DNA of 64,000 bases, from contig NC_079238.1 of NCBI RefSeq assembly GCF_027921745.1, positions 2,914,001-2,978,000 on the forward strand, written 5' to 3'. The translations under genes and the position numbers were made by a program. Below, in pieces: positions 47,161-59,667 of the stretch (within the stretch, counting starts at the first letter, position 1; each line of letters opens with the position of its first letter). The notes below the pieces were generated by a model that saw only the letters and a list, made by a program, of their open reading frames with translations, made no database searches and was not told where the DNA came from. Source of the DNA: Schizosaccharomyces osmophilus. Lineage: Eukaryota.

Positions 47161-47564
47161 AGTTGAATTGTCGAATAGGTTGTAGGTCATATGGAAGCTG
47201 CCATTCGTTTCTTAATGCTGCATCTTCACATTAAGCAACAACATTCCTCCCTTTCCCCCGAGAGAGCCATGAAAAAGATAAATTACTTTAGTTTTATAAT
47301 AACTTAAGAAAAATTATATTCATTGATAAATTGCTTTCACAGTTGTATCTCATAAGGACTTACGCACACAAACCCAATTTGTCAAATCTTGATTCTATCT
47401 GTAAGCAAAAAAACAAGTAAAGAAAAGTTAATTTATCATTGTATTAAAGAGTAAAAGACTAAGTTTACAGGACGCTTACTCTTAGTTCCAAGAAACACGA
47501 ACCCTTAGCGCTACCACCAAGGTTTATTCACTTAGATCAAATCTGGCGTAGATTTGAGCAAACC

Positions 47565-49998
47565 ATGCTCAACTACCAATGCTTAGAAACAAAATCTCTC
47601 TGTGGAACATCTCATATTGAATTGGATGGAATTCACATTTATATTGACCCAGGAAGTGATGATAGTTTGGAGCACCCTCCTGTATCTGAACAGCCGGATT
47701 TGATTTTGTTGTCTCATTCAGATTTATCTCATTTAGGAGGATTAGTATACGCATATCATAAATATGACTGGAAAAATGCTCATATATATGCAACTTTGCC
47801 TGTTATAAATATGGGTCGAATGACCATGTTGGATGCTATCAAAAGTAATCTCGTCGGCGATATTACAAAAGAACAAGTCAATCAAGTTTTTGACAGTATT
47901 ATTGCTTTGCGTTATTCACAGCCAACTTCTTTGTTAGGTAAGTCTATCTTCGAATTGCCTGTATTTCATAGTAAATACTAACGATATAACATTAGGAAAA
48001 TGTAATGGCCTAACAATCACTGCTTATAACGCAGGGCATTCTTTGGGTGGTACTTTATGGAGCCTTTTAAAAGAGTCGGAGAGTATTCTCTATGCTGTTG
48101 ATTGGAATCATTCAAAGGATAAGCATCTAAACGGTGCTGCTTTATACTCGAATGGGCACATTTTGGAAGCTTTAAATCGTCCCAACACGTTGATCACAGA
48201 TGCAAATAATGCTTTGGTTTCCACCCCTTCGCGCAAAAAGCGGGATGAAGCATTAATCGAATCTGTGATGTCTTCCCTTTATAAAGGCGGTACAGTTCTA
48301 CTCCCCGTAGATTCTTCTTCTCGAGTTTTGGAATTATGTTGCTTTTTGGATAGCCATTGGTCTTCAACACAGCCTCCTTTACCCTTTCCCATCTTCTTTT
48401 TGTCTCCTACCTCTACTAAAACTATAGATTATGCAAGGAGTATGATTGAATGGATGGGAGATAACATTGTTCGTGATTTTGGTATAGATGAGAGCCTTCT
48501 GGAATTTCGCAACATACATACAATTACGGATTATTCTCAACTATCCAGCATTGCACCTGGTCCCAAAGTGATCCTTTCTACTTCCTTAACATTGGAATGT
48601 GGATTTTCTCAGCAAATCTTACTTAATTTTATGTCTCAAAACTCGAACGATTTAATTTTGTTTACCCAAAAGTCAAGATGCCAATCTTCTCTAGCTAAAC
48701 AATTTATACGCTATTGGGAACAGGCATGCAAAAAATTAATGGATATTCCTCCCCCAGTCGGATTATACGCAGAACATAATATCAAGGTAAAACGCATGGA
48801 AGCTTTAGCGGGCGAGGAGCTGAAGCAATACCAAGAACAACAGCTACAGAAAATAAGTCGGACCGCTGAAGATAGTGCTTTGGAACTCCGAAATAAAACA
48901 ATATTGGATGAAGATTTGTCTTCCTCTTCTGATGAAGAAGACGATGAAATGGGATTGACTCCTGAAGCTCCTGGGGCTGCCCTTGGATCAGCTTTATTCT
49001 TATCTGGGAAGTCTTTTGATTTAAACCTTCGTGACCAGTCTGTACAGAATTTGCAAACTAAGTATAAAATGTTCCCTTATGTTGAGAAAAGACGAAGGAT
49101 TGATGAATTTGGCGAAGTGGTTAAGCAAGAAGATTTTGTGATCATCAACGAACCGATGAATAACTTCGAAGCAGAAGCTTCACCATCTGATAGTACCGCT
49201 ATAGATCCTACAGGAAAAAGGAAATGGTCAGAAATAAATGATGGAATTCATGGACAAAATGAGGACGAATTACAAGAAGAAATTCCCTCAAAGATTGTGG
49301 CCGAAGATTTAATGATAAGGATATCATGTCAAGTACAATTCATTGATATTGAAGGATTGCACGACGGCCGTTCTTTAAAAACAATTATACCCCAAGTAAA
49401 TCCTCGGAAACTAGTGCTTATTCATGCTACAGATGAAGAAAGGGAAGACATGAAACGTACATGTAGTGCTCTTAGTGCGTTTACTAAGGACGTTTACCTT
49501 CCGAAGTACGGAGAGGACATCAATGTTAGTATAGACGTCAACGCCTTTAGTCTCAAGCTTTCAGATGACTTGATTCGAAATCTGATTTGGACAAAGGTAG
49601 GAAACTGTGAGGTTTCACATATGCTGGCAAAAATTGAGAAGCCTTCGGAATCAGAAATCCAAGATTCAGAAGCAAACGAAGAGGATGCGAAACGGAACGA
49701 TGCCGAAAAGGAGGCAGATCATCTTCCTGTTCTTAACCCTGTGACATTGCGGTCAGATTTGGCTAGAGCGCCACGTGCTGCTCCTCTCCTAGTAGGAAAC
49801 ACCAAACTAGCTGAACTCCGCAAAGCACTTCTAGATCAAGGAATATCCGCTGAGCTTAAGGGTGAAGGTGTTTTATTATGTGGTGGAGTCGTTGCTGTAA
49901 GAAAACTTAGCGGCGGTAAAATCTCTATTGAAGGAGGTTTAAGTAATCAATTTTTTGAAGTTAGAAAGATGGTATACAAAATGTTGGCTATCGTTTAA
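47565..49998 (+). CDS. cft2: Cleavage/polyadenylation factor Cft2 (CPSF100), 2 exons
   Basis: LLSHSDLSHLGGL, AGHSLGGTLW, YAVDWNHSKD, EGLHDGRSL, PRKLVLIH; intron 47938-47995. Confidence 0.95.
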
Positions 49999-50115
49999 TC
50001 TGAAGGAGTGAGCTATTTATAGGGTTTATAGATAATCATTTATCTATAGAATTTCTTACATGATATCTAACGTTTTTTTTTTCATTACTTTTTAGACCAA
50101 TCGATCTTCCAAGCC

Positions 50116-51320
50116 TTAGTTACCGCCCTCTCCTCTTTCACGTTTCCAATCCTCGCTACCAGTTTGACGAGCTGGTAAAGCAGAGGAAGAAAGATCTTCC
50201 CGCGTTCTGTAACTGATCAACTCTTCTTTTTCTCTCCGGTCTTCATCTAAAAGTTTGGATCGGTCATATTCACTTAAAGCAGAACGGAATTCCTCGTTTA
50301 ATGACTTTATAGTATGCTCAATTACAATTTCTGGACAACGATTTCTAGGGTTACCATTCTCTGGATCGCGAATGTAACGACTAGAGACATCACGAACACT
50401 GTCGACTAAAACTTGGTAAGTCTACTTTGTCATTAGATGTTTGATTGACTTACTTGAAAATCCAATGCAGTATGACATCTTTTTCCCCCATCCTAAAATG
50501 TAAGTTAGCGCCAACATTAAGGATTAATGATATGATACCTTGCTCATAAATTAATGGCTGATCAAATGATTCTTCGCAAGAATCCACATGTACCCATCTG
50601 TTTTGCTTGAAACTATAGACTTCAGTCCAAACATGATCTTCCGCATTCCAAACCCAGCGAGCTCTGGAACCAAGCGCACGACATAAAAACGTGAAGCACT
50701 ATTGAAGTTAGATGATAGTTTATTATGCTAATATACATACGCAGGCCCATTCTCCACATCTTCCTGTTCTTGAAAAAAGTAGAGGACGAACTTTGTTGTA
50801 CCGAGGAAATCTCTGCTGACGAGAACAACCATTACATTGATATACTTCAACGTTATTACAACCTTGGAAACTTTCCTCTGTGTTTGGTCTACAAGCACCT
50901 ATTAAATGTGTATCAGACTGCAACAATGTTAGTAATTATTTGTTATATAAGCAAATACCCTTAATCTAATAAGGGTATAATTATTACCTGACAACTTTCA
51001 CACTTCGGAGAATTAACCCAAGAAAAAAATTCTTGTTTGAACCAAGAAAGAAGGGATTGAATGAGATAATCTTGGTAACCCCATGATCCATTGCCATCCT
51101 TTTCTCTTTTCGTAGCATCTTCAAATAGTTTTTCTAAAGGCAGGATAGACATAGCCACATCTTGCAATTCCGGATCTTCGTACGTCCATGGCTCTTGGGA
51201 CAATTGCCTGATCTGATGATAGAATGCAAAGCTTTCTGGAGGCTGGGATGCAGTAGAGGGACGTGTAGTTTTCTGCTGCATCATATTCTTAAATCGTTCA
51301 GTAATCGCTTGAAAATTCAT
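50116..51320 (-). CDS. ngl1: Peptide:N-glycanase, 5 exons
   Basis: [49 protein letters not shown] (C-H-D triad intact), [10 protein letters not shown]; four GT-AG introns. Confidence 0.93.
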
Positions 51321-51741
51321 TTTGCAAGTTTCGATTCAATTTTTTCAAATCACTTTAGTCAATTGAGCCTATATTTAAAAGAGAAAGAATAGAAATGAAC
51401 TGATTGAGAAAGGAAATTTTGGAAATAATGTAGTACTATAAACAACTTAGTATGAGCAACCTTTTTGTTTATTCTACAACAACAATATTAATATTTAGTC
51501 ATAGGATATATTTAAAAAACTTACAAAAGCTTCGTCGATATTAGCTTGGCGGTGTTTAGATCAAAAACAGCTTGTACTCTCCACCTACTACAAAGAGTGG
51601 AAGTAATTTAAACCAGCTTAGACGTTTCGGCTGAATTATTTTCTCTTTTGTTTGAACTTAAGCAAGTGAAACGATTTTTTTTTACTTGTAGCCAAAAATC
51701 TTTTAAATACTTTGCAGTCATCGTAACATCAACAAGGACGT

Positions 51742-53394
51742 ATGGATAAATTATTTACAGAAGCCCACAGAAATGGGTGCAAGCTAAATGAGAATGTAGA
51801 CTTCGTTTCTGCCCATGATGAGCTTTCTGCTTACGGTGAATTCGTAGCCACTGCAAAAGCTGATATTGAACCTAATGAAGTACTTATTTCCTGCCCATTT
51901 GAGTATGCCATTACTTACGAAACGGCGTTAGCCTCTTTACAATCAATAAATCCAGATTTCAAATCCTTGTCTCAAGAAATAGTCCTTTATACCTTTTTGG
52001 TTCTGGAAAGCCTCAAAACGTCGAATAGCAAATGGGCTGCGTACATTGAGTATCTCCCAAAAAGCTTCAATACTCCCACATATTTTAACGATGAGGATAA
52101 GCAGTATTTAAAAGCCACAAATATTGAATTTGCTCTACAAGATCGATTGCATAATTGGCGACATGCTTACGAAGATGTCTTGAAATTGGGATCGTTCTCT
52201 ACAAACCAATTCACGTTTGATCTTTTTATCTGGGCTGCGACTGTGTTTACGTCAAGGTGCTTTTCTTCTAGCTTGATTAACTCTCGTATCAGTAAGGAAG
52301 ACGCAAGTCCTATACTTCTCCCGTTGATCGATAGCTTAAATCATAAGGCTATGCAGCCAATTCTTTGGAAGACGGATGTTCGCGATACTATGTCAGTCCA
52401 GTTGGTCTCTCAAAACACTACTTCTAGAGGTCAGCAGATTTTTAATAATTATGGTCCTAAAGGAAATGAAGAATTGCTTTTAGGATACGGATTTTGTTTA
52501 GAGGACAATGCGTTTGATAATGTTGCTCTTAGAGTATCTGTTCACCCTGATTTACCGTATAGACAACAAAAAACGTCTGTTTTGCAACAGGACAACACAT
52601 TTGAGTTGAATAATTTAATCTTCTTCTTCCAAAAAAATGCAAATTTCTCCGCATATGAGAAAGTCCTGCAATGCCTTACTGTTGTTAGTGCATCATCATT
52701 GGAGTTAAAGCGTATCTTGGCCCATCAAGCTATGTTTGGTTTGTCTTCTTACAACTCGAGTCTGCGCGGTAAAATCAAATCATTTGAGATTTTGCTTATG
52801 TACATAAATTCGCGTCTGCAGCTGCTTATACATAATAATCCAGACAAAAGTCCAACTAACATACGCCAACAGTATGCTAGCGTTTACAGAAAAGGTCAAA
52901 TAGAAATTTTGGAACAATCTTTAGAACAAGTGAAGAATTTCATGGAGGTAGAACTGAAAAAGGTATATCACCCACACCCTAATTTATTGCAGTACCTTGT
53001 TCTGAACTCCGTTTCTGTATTTCTTCTTCAGCATCCCAACTTTGCTCTACTTTCAAAAGTAATCACAGAGCTTTATGGAACGACGGATGCGGAGTCTATC
53101 GCTGCAAGTGAAGAACAAGATAATGTTGTACTCTTAATATGTTTGTATTGTTTATCTGCTCACGAAGCACTACCTTTTTCTATTAAGATGCTTCAAGAAG
53201 GGTATCCTGCTTCAAGCACGGAGGAGGGTGACGAAGTCTTTGAAATATTTGATGAAATGATATTTCAAAGATATCCGGATGTGTTTGGTAATAAAAAAAT
53301 ATTTAATAAGGAAAATATGTCATGGGCATTGCAGTTGATAAATGAAGAATCTATAGATTTTTCCGGATTTACATTTGTCATTGTCCATGCTTAA
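51742..53394 (+). CDS. set10: SET-domain ribosomal lysine methyltransferase Set10 (Rkm1 family)
   Basis: SKWAAYIEYLP, WAATVFTSRCF, LLPLIDSLNH, FNNYGPKGNEELLLGYGF. Confidence 0.88.
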   Translation: MDKLFTEAHRNGCKLNENVDFVSAHDELSAYGEFVATAKADIEPNEVLISCPFEYAITYETALASLQSINPDFKSLSQEIVLYTFLVLESLKTSNSKWAAYIEYLPKSFNTPTYFNDEDKQYLKATNIEFALQDRLHNWRHAYEDVLKLGSFSTNQFTFDLFIWAATVFTSRCFSSSLINSRISKEDASPILLPLIDSLNHKAMQPILWKTDVRDTMSVQLVSQNTTSRGQQIFNNYGPKGNEELLLGYGFCLEDNAFDNVALRVSVHPDLPYRQQKTSVLQQDNTFELNNLIFFFQKNANFSAYEKVLQCLTVVSASSLELKRILAHQAMFGLSSYNSSLRGKIKSFEILLMYINSRLQLLIHNNPDKSPTNIRQQYASVYRKGQIEILEQSLEQVKNFMEVELKKVYHPHPNLLQYLVLNSVSVFLLQHPNFALLSKVITELYGTTDAESIAASEEQDNVVLLICLYCLSAHEALPFSIKMLQEGYPASSTEEGDEVFEIFDEMIFQRYPDVFGNKKIFNKENMSWALQLINEESIDFSGFTFVIVHA

Positions 53395-53560
53395 GTCTCT
53401 TGAGTCAAACGAAATCAATATTTTTGGATAAACTAGGCTTTAGGCGATGAAGGATTTTTGGAAACAAAGAAAAAAGAAATGTACAGAATGCATCTATGTG
53501 GAGCATTCAAATATGCATGCATATAATCATTACAGCTTAATAAATAAAAATTAGACTGTC

Positions 53561-55010
53561 TTAGGTAGAACCCATTTGGACGAATTTGTAAGGCCATTTA
53601 TCGGCTCGGGCAGCTTTCACCCATTCACGTAAAGAACCATGAAGTTTTTTATGGAATTTTTGACTTAGCAATGGGTTAGAATAATTGAAAGAACAAAGAT
53701 TTTCAAGACATACCTGCTTTTTCGAAATCTCAATGCCATAATTCTCTCTAATCCACTAAATTGTAATTCAAGACGCTTTTGCATTCGATCTTTTATATCT
53801 AATGAGACCAATAGCTCATTAGATAATTCAATGTGTGAGGCGATGTAGCTTGTTGCTTCTGTCTCAATGCCTTCAATAAATCCAAGCGGAGGATCATAAA
53901 GTTCTTCTAGATCAGGCTCCAAGTCAATGATATTCCGATCATGATTCCATACCCAAAACACGTTTTTTGCAACATATTCTAATTCAATTATCCATTTTCT
54001 ATATGGCCGCTTTACGCGGGCCTCCTTTATAAAATCGACTTCTTCAGTTTCTTCTTCAGAATCCTCAAGAAACGAAAACACTGTTTTAGCACCGACTTCT
54101 CTATTAGTATGTGCTTTTAGGTATAAGATAATTATTTGAATGATGACTTCTCGAGTAACAAAGTCAGAAGGCTGCTTCTTTGAAAACAAAAGTTGAACGA
54201 GTTGCTGGACGTGATAGAAGGATCGTATTAAGCATTCCAACCCTAACTATGGCGAATTGTTAGTATAAAAACCATTTTTAGCTCTTTATTATGAGTGCAG
54301 GACTCTTACCTGGACTGTGCACATGGCTTTGAGACAGAGAAGAAATCGATCCAAAAGCATATCATGTAAATTTTCTCTCCACTCAATCCTTGAAATCTTC
54401 TCTACCATACAGAATATTACACCGAATCCCCCATAGTGGATAAAACACGTTACCCATCTAAACAAGTTAGAAACAACGACTTTAGAAGAAAAGGCAGGAA
54501 TCAGCTACCGCATTCAAAGAGAGAAACAACGAGCTAAAATTTGGTGAACCATCTCTCTTGCGCTTCAGGTGATTCACAATGCTCAACTTACAAGATCTGC
54601 TCTTTTCGAAGTAAAAGGGCCAGTTTATGTATTATAGTCTCATCCATATAATCGATTGAAGTATTGACGATATAGGAAATAAAATCAATTGGTTCGCTGT
54701 ACGACGTTTTCTTCTTTTTCCACGACAACATCCGACTCTGTTTCTTTTTGTTTTTTTCATTCAGACTATTCAGGATTTCTAGCTTAACATTATCATTTAA
54801 CGACAGTAAACCTCTGGAAGCTTCAGAAGAAAGTACTTGAGCTTTAATTAGATTGTCAAAGCACTGAGGATTCGACTCTTCTGAAGTCGTCAAAGACGTT
54901 TGCGACAGGGACTCTGATTCCTGTCTAAGCATTAATGTTATATTTGAATTTCCATCGGATTCTTCAGAACTAGAGCCTAGAAATCTTCGAAATGAACGTA
55001 GGGTATTCAT
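53561..55010 (-). CDS. rid1: Rho-GTPase-binding (GBD/FH3-like) protein Rid1, multi-exon
   Basis: LHKL-like IHKLALLLRKEQI|WVTCFIHYGG, LLCLKAMCT, RPYRKWIIELEYV; GT-AG introns; synteny. Confidence 0.75.
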
Positions 55011-55936
55011 TGTCTAAGCGCTCAACCAATATAGGTGCAGAGCTCTGTTACAAATTCACAAAACAAAAAGAGCAGATCTTACAACACGCTTATAATGTGT
55101 TTAATTCACCGAAACATTAAAATTGCAGACAAAGGATTAAGTAAAACCAACGTTGGTCCACACACTTACATCTGTCACATTTGTAAGAGTGGGCTGGTAT
55201 GCCAAAATAACCAGATTTATCAACTTCGGTTCCCCAAAACTGAATGAAATGTTAATAAAAAGAATAATATAGAAACATTTGCAAGATAATCTTTTCCTAT
55301 ATTGGAAGCCTGTTTATAAAAGCATTTTGGAAGTAGTAGCATATTCTAATTCTGACGCTTCAAGTGCTAAACACGATAGTAGAAAAGATTCACAAAGGGA
55401 TGCTAGCTCAAGTATATAATTCTAAATAAATCATAATTTACTTTTGGCGCCTATAGAGCGGAAAAGATTCTACATGAATTCTTTAACATAATTTCATCAA
55501 ACCAAGGAAGCAGATCAAGTAGTGCTGAAAGTAGCATGGCCCGGTAATCAAAATATAAAGAGTAAAGCTTCTTGGGAAATTATGAATAGTATTTTAGTCA
55601 ATTGTCCTTTTCTAGTAAAGAAGGTGAATCCTGCAAAACATTGAGTCCGTAAAAAACTTGAAAACTTGAAAAGAGCCCAAAAGAATTGTGGACGTATTCG
55701 ACAATGTGAAAAAGATCAGCAAACGAAGACTACGATCTGCGATAACTTTTAATGGACTTGGAATGCAGAATACAATTTGTGAACTGAAATAAGAGGAAAT
55801 AGGGAATTAAAATAAATTTATATACTTTATTCGCTTATTCTATAAAGTTTTTCATACAAATTTGAGCAATTGAGGACAGCCTTCTGTCTTTGTATGTATG
55901 TGCTTTCGTTCAAAGAACTTGCATACCGTCTACAAC

Positions 55937-57023
55937 ATGGGGACGACCGGCATTGAAGTTTTTGCAGCTCTAAATGATTTTACAGATGGTAAGAAAGAAA
56001 GATTTGAGTTTCTGGTTTACTAATTATAGCCATTGTTTCCATTCCGGAGTCAGTGTGCAGTAACTTTACGTATTTAAAAGAAATTGATGCCCGGTCTCGA
56101 GGTACGCGTCTCTAGCGAAAAAATAATTGTTATGGGCTAACAGAAAAAAGAATTAAAAACGAATGTAACAGATGAAATAGAGTCGATTTTGAGAGATGGG
56201 AAAGCTGGAAATAATCCTATAAATAATCGTTGCTTGCAGCTAGAGAATGATATCAAAGGAATGATTCCTTTCTCAGATTCCAAAATATGTTTGGCTACAG
56301 AAGCGATGGATAATATAAACCAGTGTATCGATAGATTGGATGCCGATTTTGAATACGTGGAGCTGGAAATTCCACAGCAATTACGGTTAGGGTATCCGGA
56401 TGGGCGTGCTTTATTTAACCATCCTAATAGCAATCAAAGGATGGAAGGAAAGAAAGAAACGAGAAGAAATCAACCCCAACAGCAGCATACGGATCATCAG
56501 CAGCAAAATCACCATACTTCTTATCCAGGACACCCTATCGAAGAACGATCCTCTGTGCATCATGAAAATGACAATACGGATGTTCCCCATGCTACTAATA
56601 ACACTCCTAGCAAGCGGCGAAAAACAACTGCACAGCGGAAATCAACTTCCCCTCTTCATAGAACAAAACCAAATGTTGTTACTGTTGTGGAGCGAAGGCC
56701 AGGACGAAGAGGAACTAGGTATGTATACATTATTATTGCTGATTAGCAAATCATTCTTCGAAAATAAGATGTGCTAACTCGGATGAAGACAAACAACAGA
56801 TGACCTTTCAGCGAAACCAAATATCCTAGAGTCGGAGGAATTGAACGAGGGCGAGCAACTTTATTGCTATTGTCAACAAGTTTCCTATGGCCAGATGATT
56901 GGATGTGATAATGAAAACTGTAAGCGTGAATGGTTTCATTTACCTTGCGTTGGTCTGGTAGAGCCACCAAAAGGCATTTGGTATTGTACAGAGTGTCGAG
57001 AAAGCATGAAACTTGAAGCTTGA
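55937..57023 (+). CDS. png2: ING-family PHD-finger protein Png2 (Pho23-like), multi-exon
   Basis: ING N-terminus (ALNDFTD..IP.SVCSNFTYLKEIDAR) and PHD YCYCQQVSYGQMIGCDNENCKREWFHLPCVGL. Confidence 0.9.
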
Positions 57024-57724
57024 AAGAAGATTAGCACAGTACCTAACTTATTTATTGATTTGAACTTGTTGTTTATATATTATTTGTTCATGTCGTTTTT
57101 GAATATAAAGGTTTCCTACATCCACAAAGCTCCATCTATAATTCAGTAATCGTGGAAAAGGTACATTGGCGGACTCGTTTAATGATTCTTTATTATGGAG
57201 GACTGGCGCAGTGAATTTAGCAGACCTTATAAAATGAAGGGTCATAGTATGTTGGTCACTCGTTTAGAAAGTCAAACACAAGAAGTCAATGATGCAGATG
57301 GTTGTTTAACTTACACGCGTTTAAGACCTAAGAATATACAATAAAGATGCGTTTAATATTGTAGACGAAAACCTCTTTGAGTTCTTGTCGAACTTGGATT
57401 ATAGCGCAATGCTAAACATAAATGCAAGAAGAATATTCAAAGTAAATACAATTGAAAAAATAAAAAAAAAAAAAAGGAAGAATACTATATACCGATTGAA
57501 TTACGCTATGTTGTATCATTACCTCTAAAACATGCTTTAAAAACCCTTTGGATATCACCCTTCCTAGACATTAGACATATCGAGGAAACTTAGAATCCTC
57601 GTCCACATTGAGCATTAAAGAAAACCTGTATTGTGTCTGAATTTATTACTTTTTGTTGATCATATAAAAAAATTTACACTTGTAAGCTTAATTGCTACTT
57701 GGAGATACTAAACATTTAGAAATT

Positions 57725-58061
57725 ATGAAATACTCATTCAACGTTGTGATGACTTGCGATGGATGCAAAAACGCCATCGATCGGGTTTTAAATCGTTTGG
57801 GTATGTGTACTTTCCAGTATATCAAGAAATAAATGTTCATGAGCACTCTTTGTGATCCAAATACCGTCATGGAAAAGAGCTTCTTGAAACATTTTAGTCT
57901 CGTACAACGAATACTAATGAATTCATTTAGGTGTCGAAGAAAAGGCGATCTCTTTGGCGGCTCAAGAAGTTACTGTTACTACAGACAAACCATATGATAC
58001 GGTATTGCAAACTATCAAGAAAACAGGAAAAGAAGTTCGTTCTGGGAAGACCGTTGAGTAA
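57725..58061 (+). CDS. atx1: Copper chaperone Atx1, 2 exons (not in the ORF track)
   Basis: MKYSFNVVMTCDGCKNAIDRVL (MxCxxC); intron 57801-57930; C-terminal IKKTGK. Confidence 0.95.
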
Positions 58062-58564
58062 AAGATACTAGTACATGGGTCTCACTTTCAATTGTGTTGT
58101 AATTTGTATAAAATAAAGAGATGATCGGAATTTACTTACGGTTTCATACTCAGAATTGTCTTTTCTGTTTGATCCTTTCGTAGCCTCGTTTGTTGTTATT
58201 CGGTTTCCATCGACCATCCTTTTGCTCGATTTCGATGAAATTTCTTTTCCAATTTTTGTTATCAAAGCTCAAATACCGTTCAAATGTCTCACAACTTTTG
58301 CTTTGTGAAAATCCACTGGATAGCTACAGCTCTCAAACAAGAGCCTGTACAAAGATTACACCAATCGCATAAAAAGTTTTAAAAAGAATGATAGATTGCT
58401 TTTTTAAAAAAGATACATTTTTTGTTTGCACGATATATTATCTATTGTACCAATCCGAACGTTTTTTTAGAATTATAAGAACGTATGAAGGTCTAATGAG
58501 ACTTAGTTTCACCAACCTGTTAATGAATAGAGTAGAGTCGTAAACACTTCATAAATTAACGTAT

Positions 58565-59317
58565 TTATGGATTCAAAACTTTCTTCAATACATTGTTGAG
58601 AATGGTATCAAGTGTCGACACAGACTTCTTGTAAATTACTTGCATATGGCTTTCAGCGTTGTAACAGTCATCAGTTGTCCATGCTCGTTCTTTCTTGTAC
58701 TTTGCAATCGCCTTTTTCACGTCATTCCTCATAGAAGAAACAGTATCTTTGGATTTCTTAGCATGATTCTCCAGTTCTTTAGCTAATCGTTGTCTGCTTT
58801 CTTGGGTTGTCTTCTGAGGTACAACCATGATGGTTGATGAATCTGTCTTAGATGCTTTAATGGGGAGCGATGATTCATCCAATGATTTTAAAACATGCTT
58901 CATGTAGGATTCTTCGTATGGGTGAATTATAAGCTGCTGAGCACTTTTTTTGGTAAGGGAAGCCACGTCGCGAAGTAATTGACTTTCATTGGAATTTTTC
59001 TTAGAGGTAGATGATCCAAAATGAACGGAAAGTTTTTCTAGTTGATTGAAAACTCCTTGATTTGGTGATAAAGCCAATTCCTTGAATCCCGCTTCCAACT
59101 TCTTATGAATCTGAGACATTTCACTTTCCATTTTGTTTAAAACATCGCTGTACACTTCGGAATCTTTGATACTTTCAGAAGATAATTTTTTACTCTTTTT
59201 TTCCTTCCATAATGTGTTATTTAGGTGAAAATTCCGCACAGAATTTGGCCGTGTCCAAAAAATGCTAGAGAGCTTTTGCCATTGGGAAGCCCGTGTAATC
59301 ATAGTTAGATTAATCAT
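58565..59317 (-). CDS. rrf1: Mitochondrial ribosome recycling factor
   Basis: Presequence; LRDVASL...LIIHPYE, PQKTTQESRQRLAKEL, TTDD helices typical of RRF; synteny. Start could be 59317 or 59302. Confidence 0.8.
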   Translation of the reverse strand: MINLTMITRASQWQKLSSIFWTRPNSVRNFHLNNTLWKEKKSKKLSSESIKDSEVYSDVLNKMESEMSQIHKKLEAGFKELALSPNQGVFNQLEKLSVHFGSSTSKKNSNESQLLRDVASLTKKSAQQLIIHPYEESYMKHVLKSLDESSLPIKASKTDSSTIMVVPQKTTQESRQRLAKELENHAKKSKDTVSSMRNDVKKAIAKYKKERAWTTDDCYNAESHMQVIYKKSVSTLDTILNNVLKKVLNP

Positions 59318-59667
59318 TTCAGGTCTATTATTAGTTTGGTTTTGCAAAGTTTTTTTTGTCGTAAATCGTCGTGTATTACCTAATAAGGAGCAAACTGCTC
59401 GACATTCAAAGTGGTAGTCAGGTAAACATTCATACCGAGGTCACTCACCTTTGACATGTATAGGAGTACCTATCCTGTAGGTTTTATTGACTTGATTTTA
59501 GTTATTGTAGCATCAGAAAGTACATTTTGCTTTTTGTTTACGAAAAAGTAATTACATGCTTATTTTTACCAACAAACGTAGTTACAATAGCAGATAGCAT
59601 TTGCCTTTATGCCTTTTATTTTCAAAGAGTCACTATATATACAATAGAATCATGTGAAATCAAAAAA

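Noticed and set aside
55438..55644. Kinase-like words in the rid1-png2 intergenic region (TFGAYRA; QVVLKVAW...EIMNSILVNCPFLVK)
   Set aside because: Different frames, wrong spacing, and no HRD/DFG/APE remnants downstream; likely chance. A frameshift-aware search would settle it.
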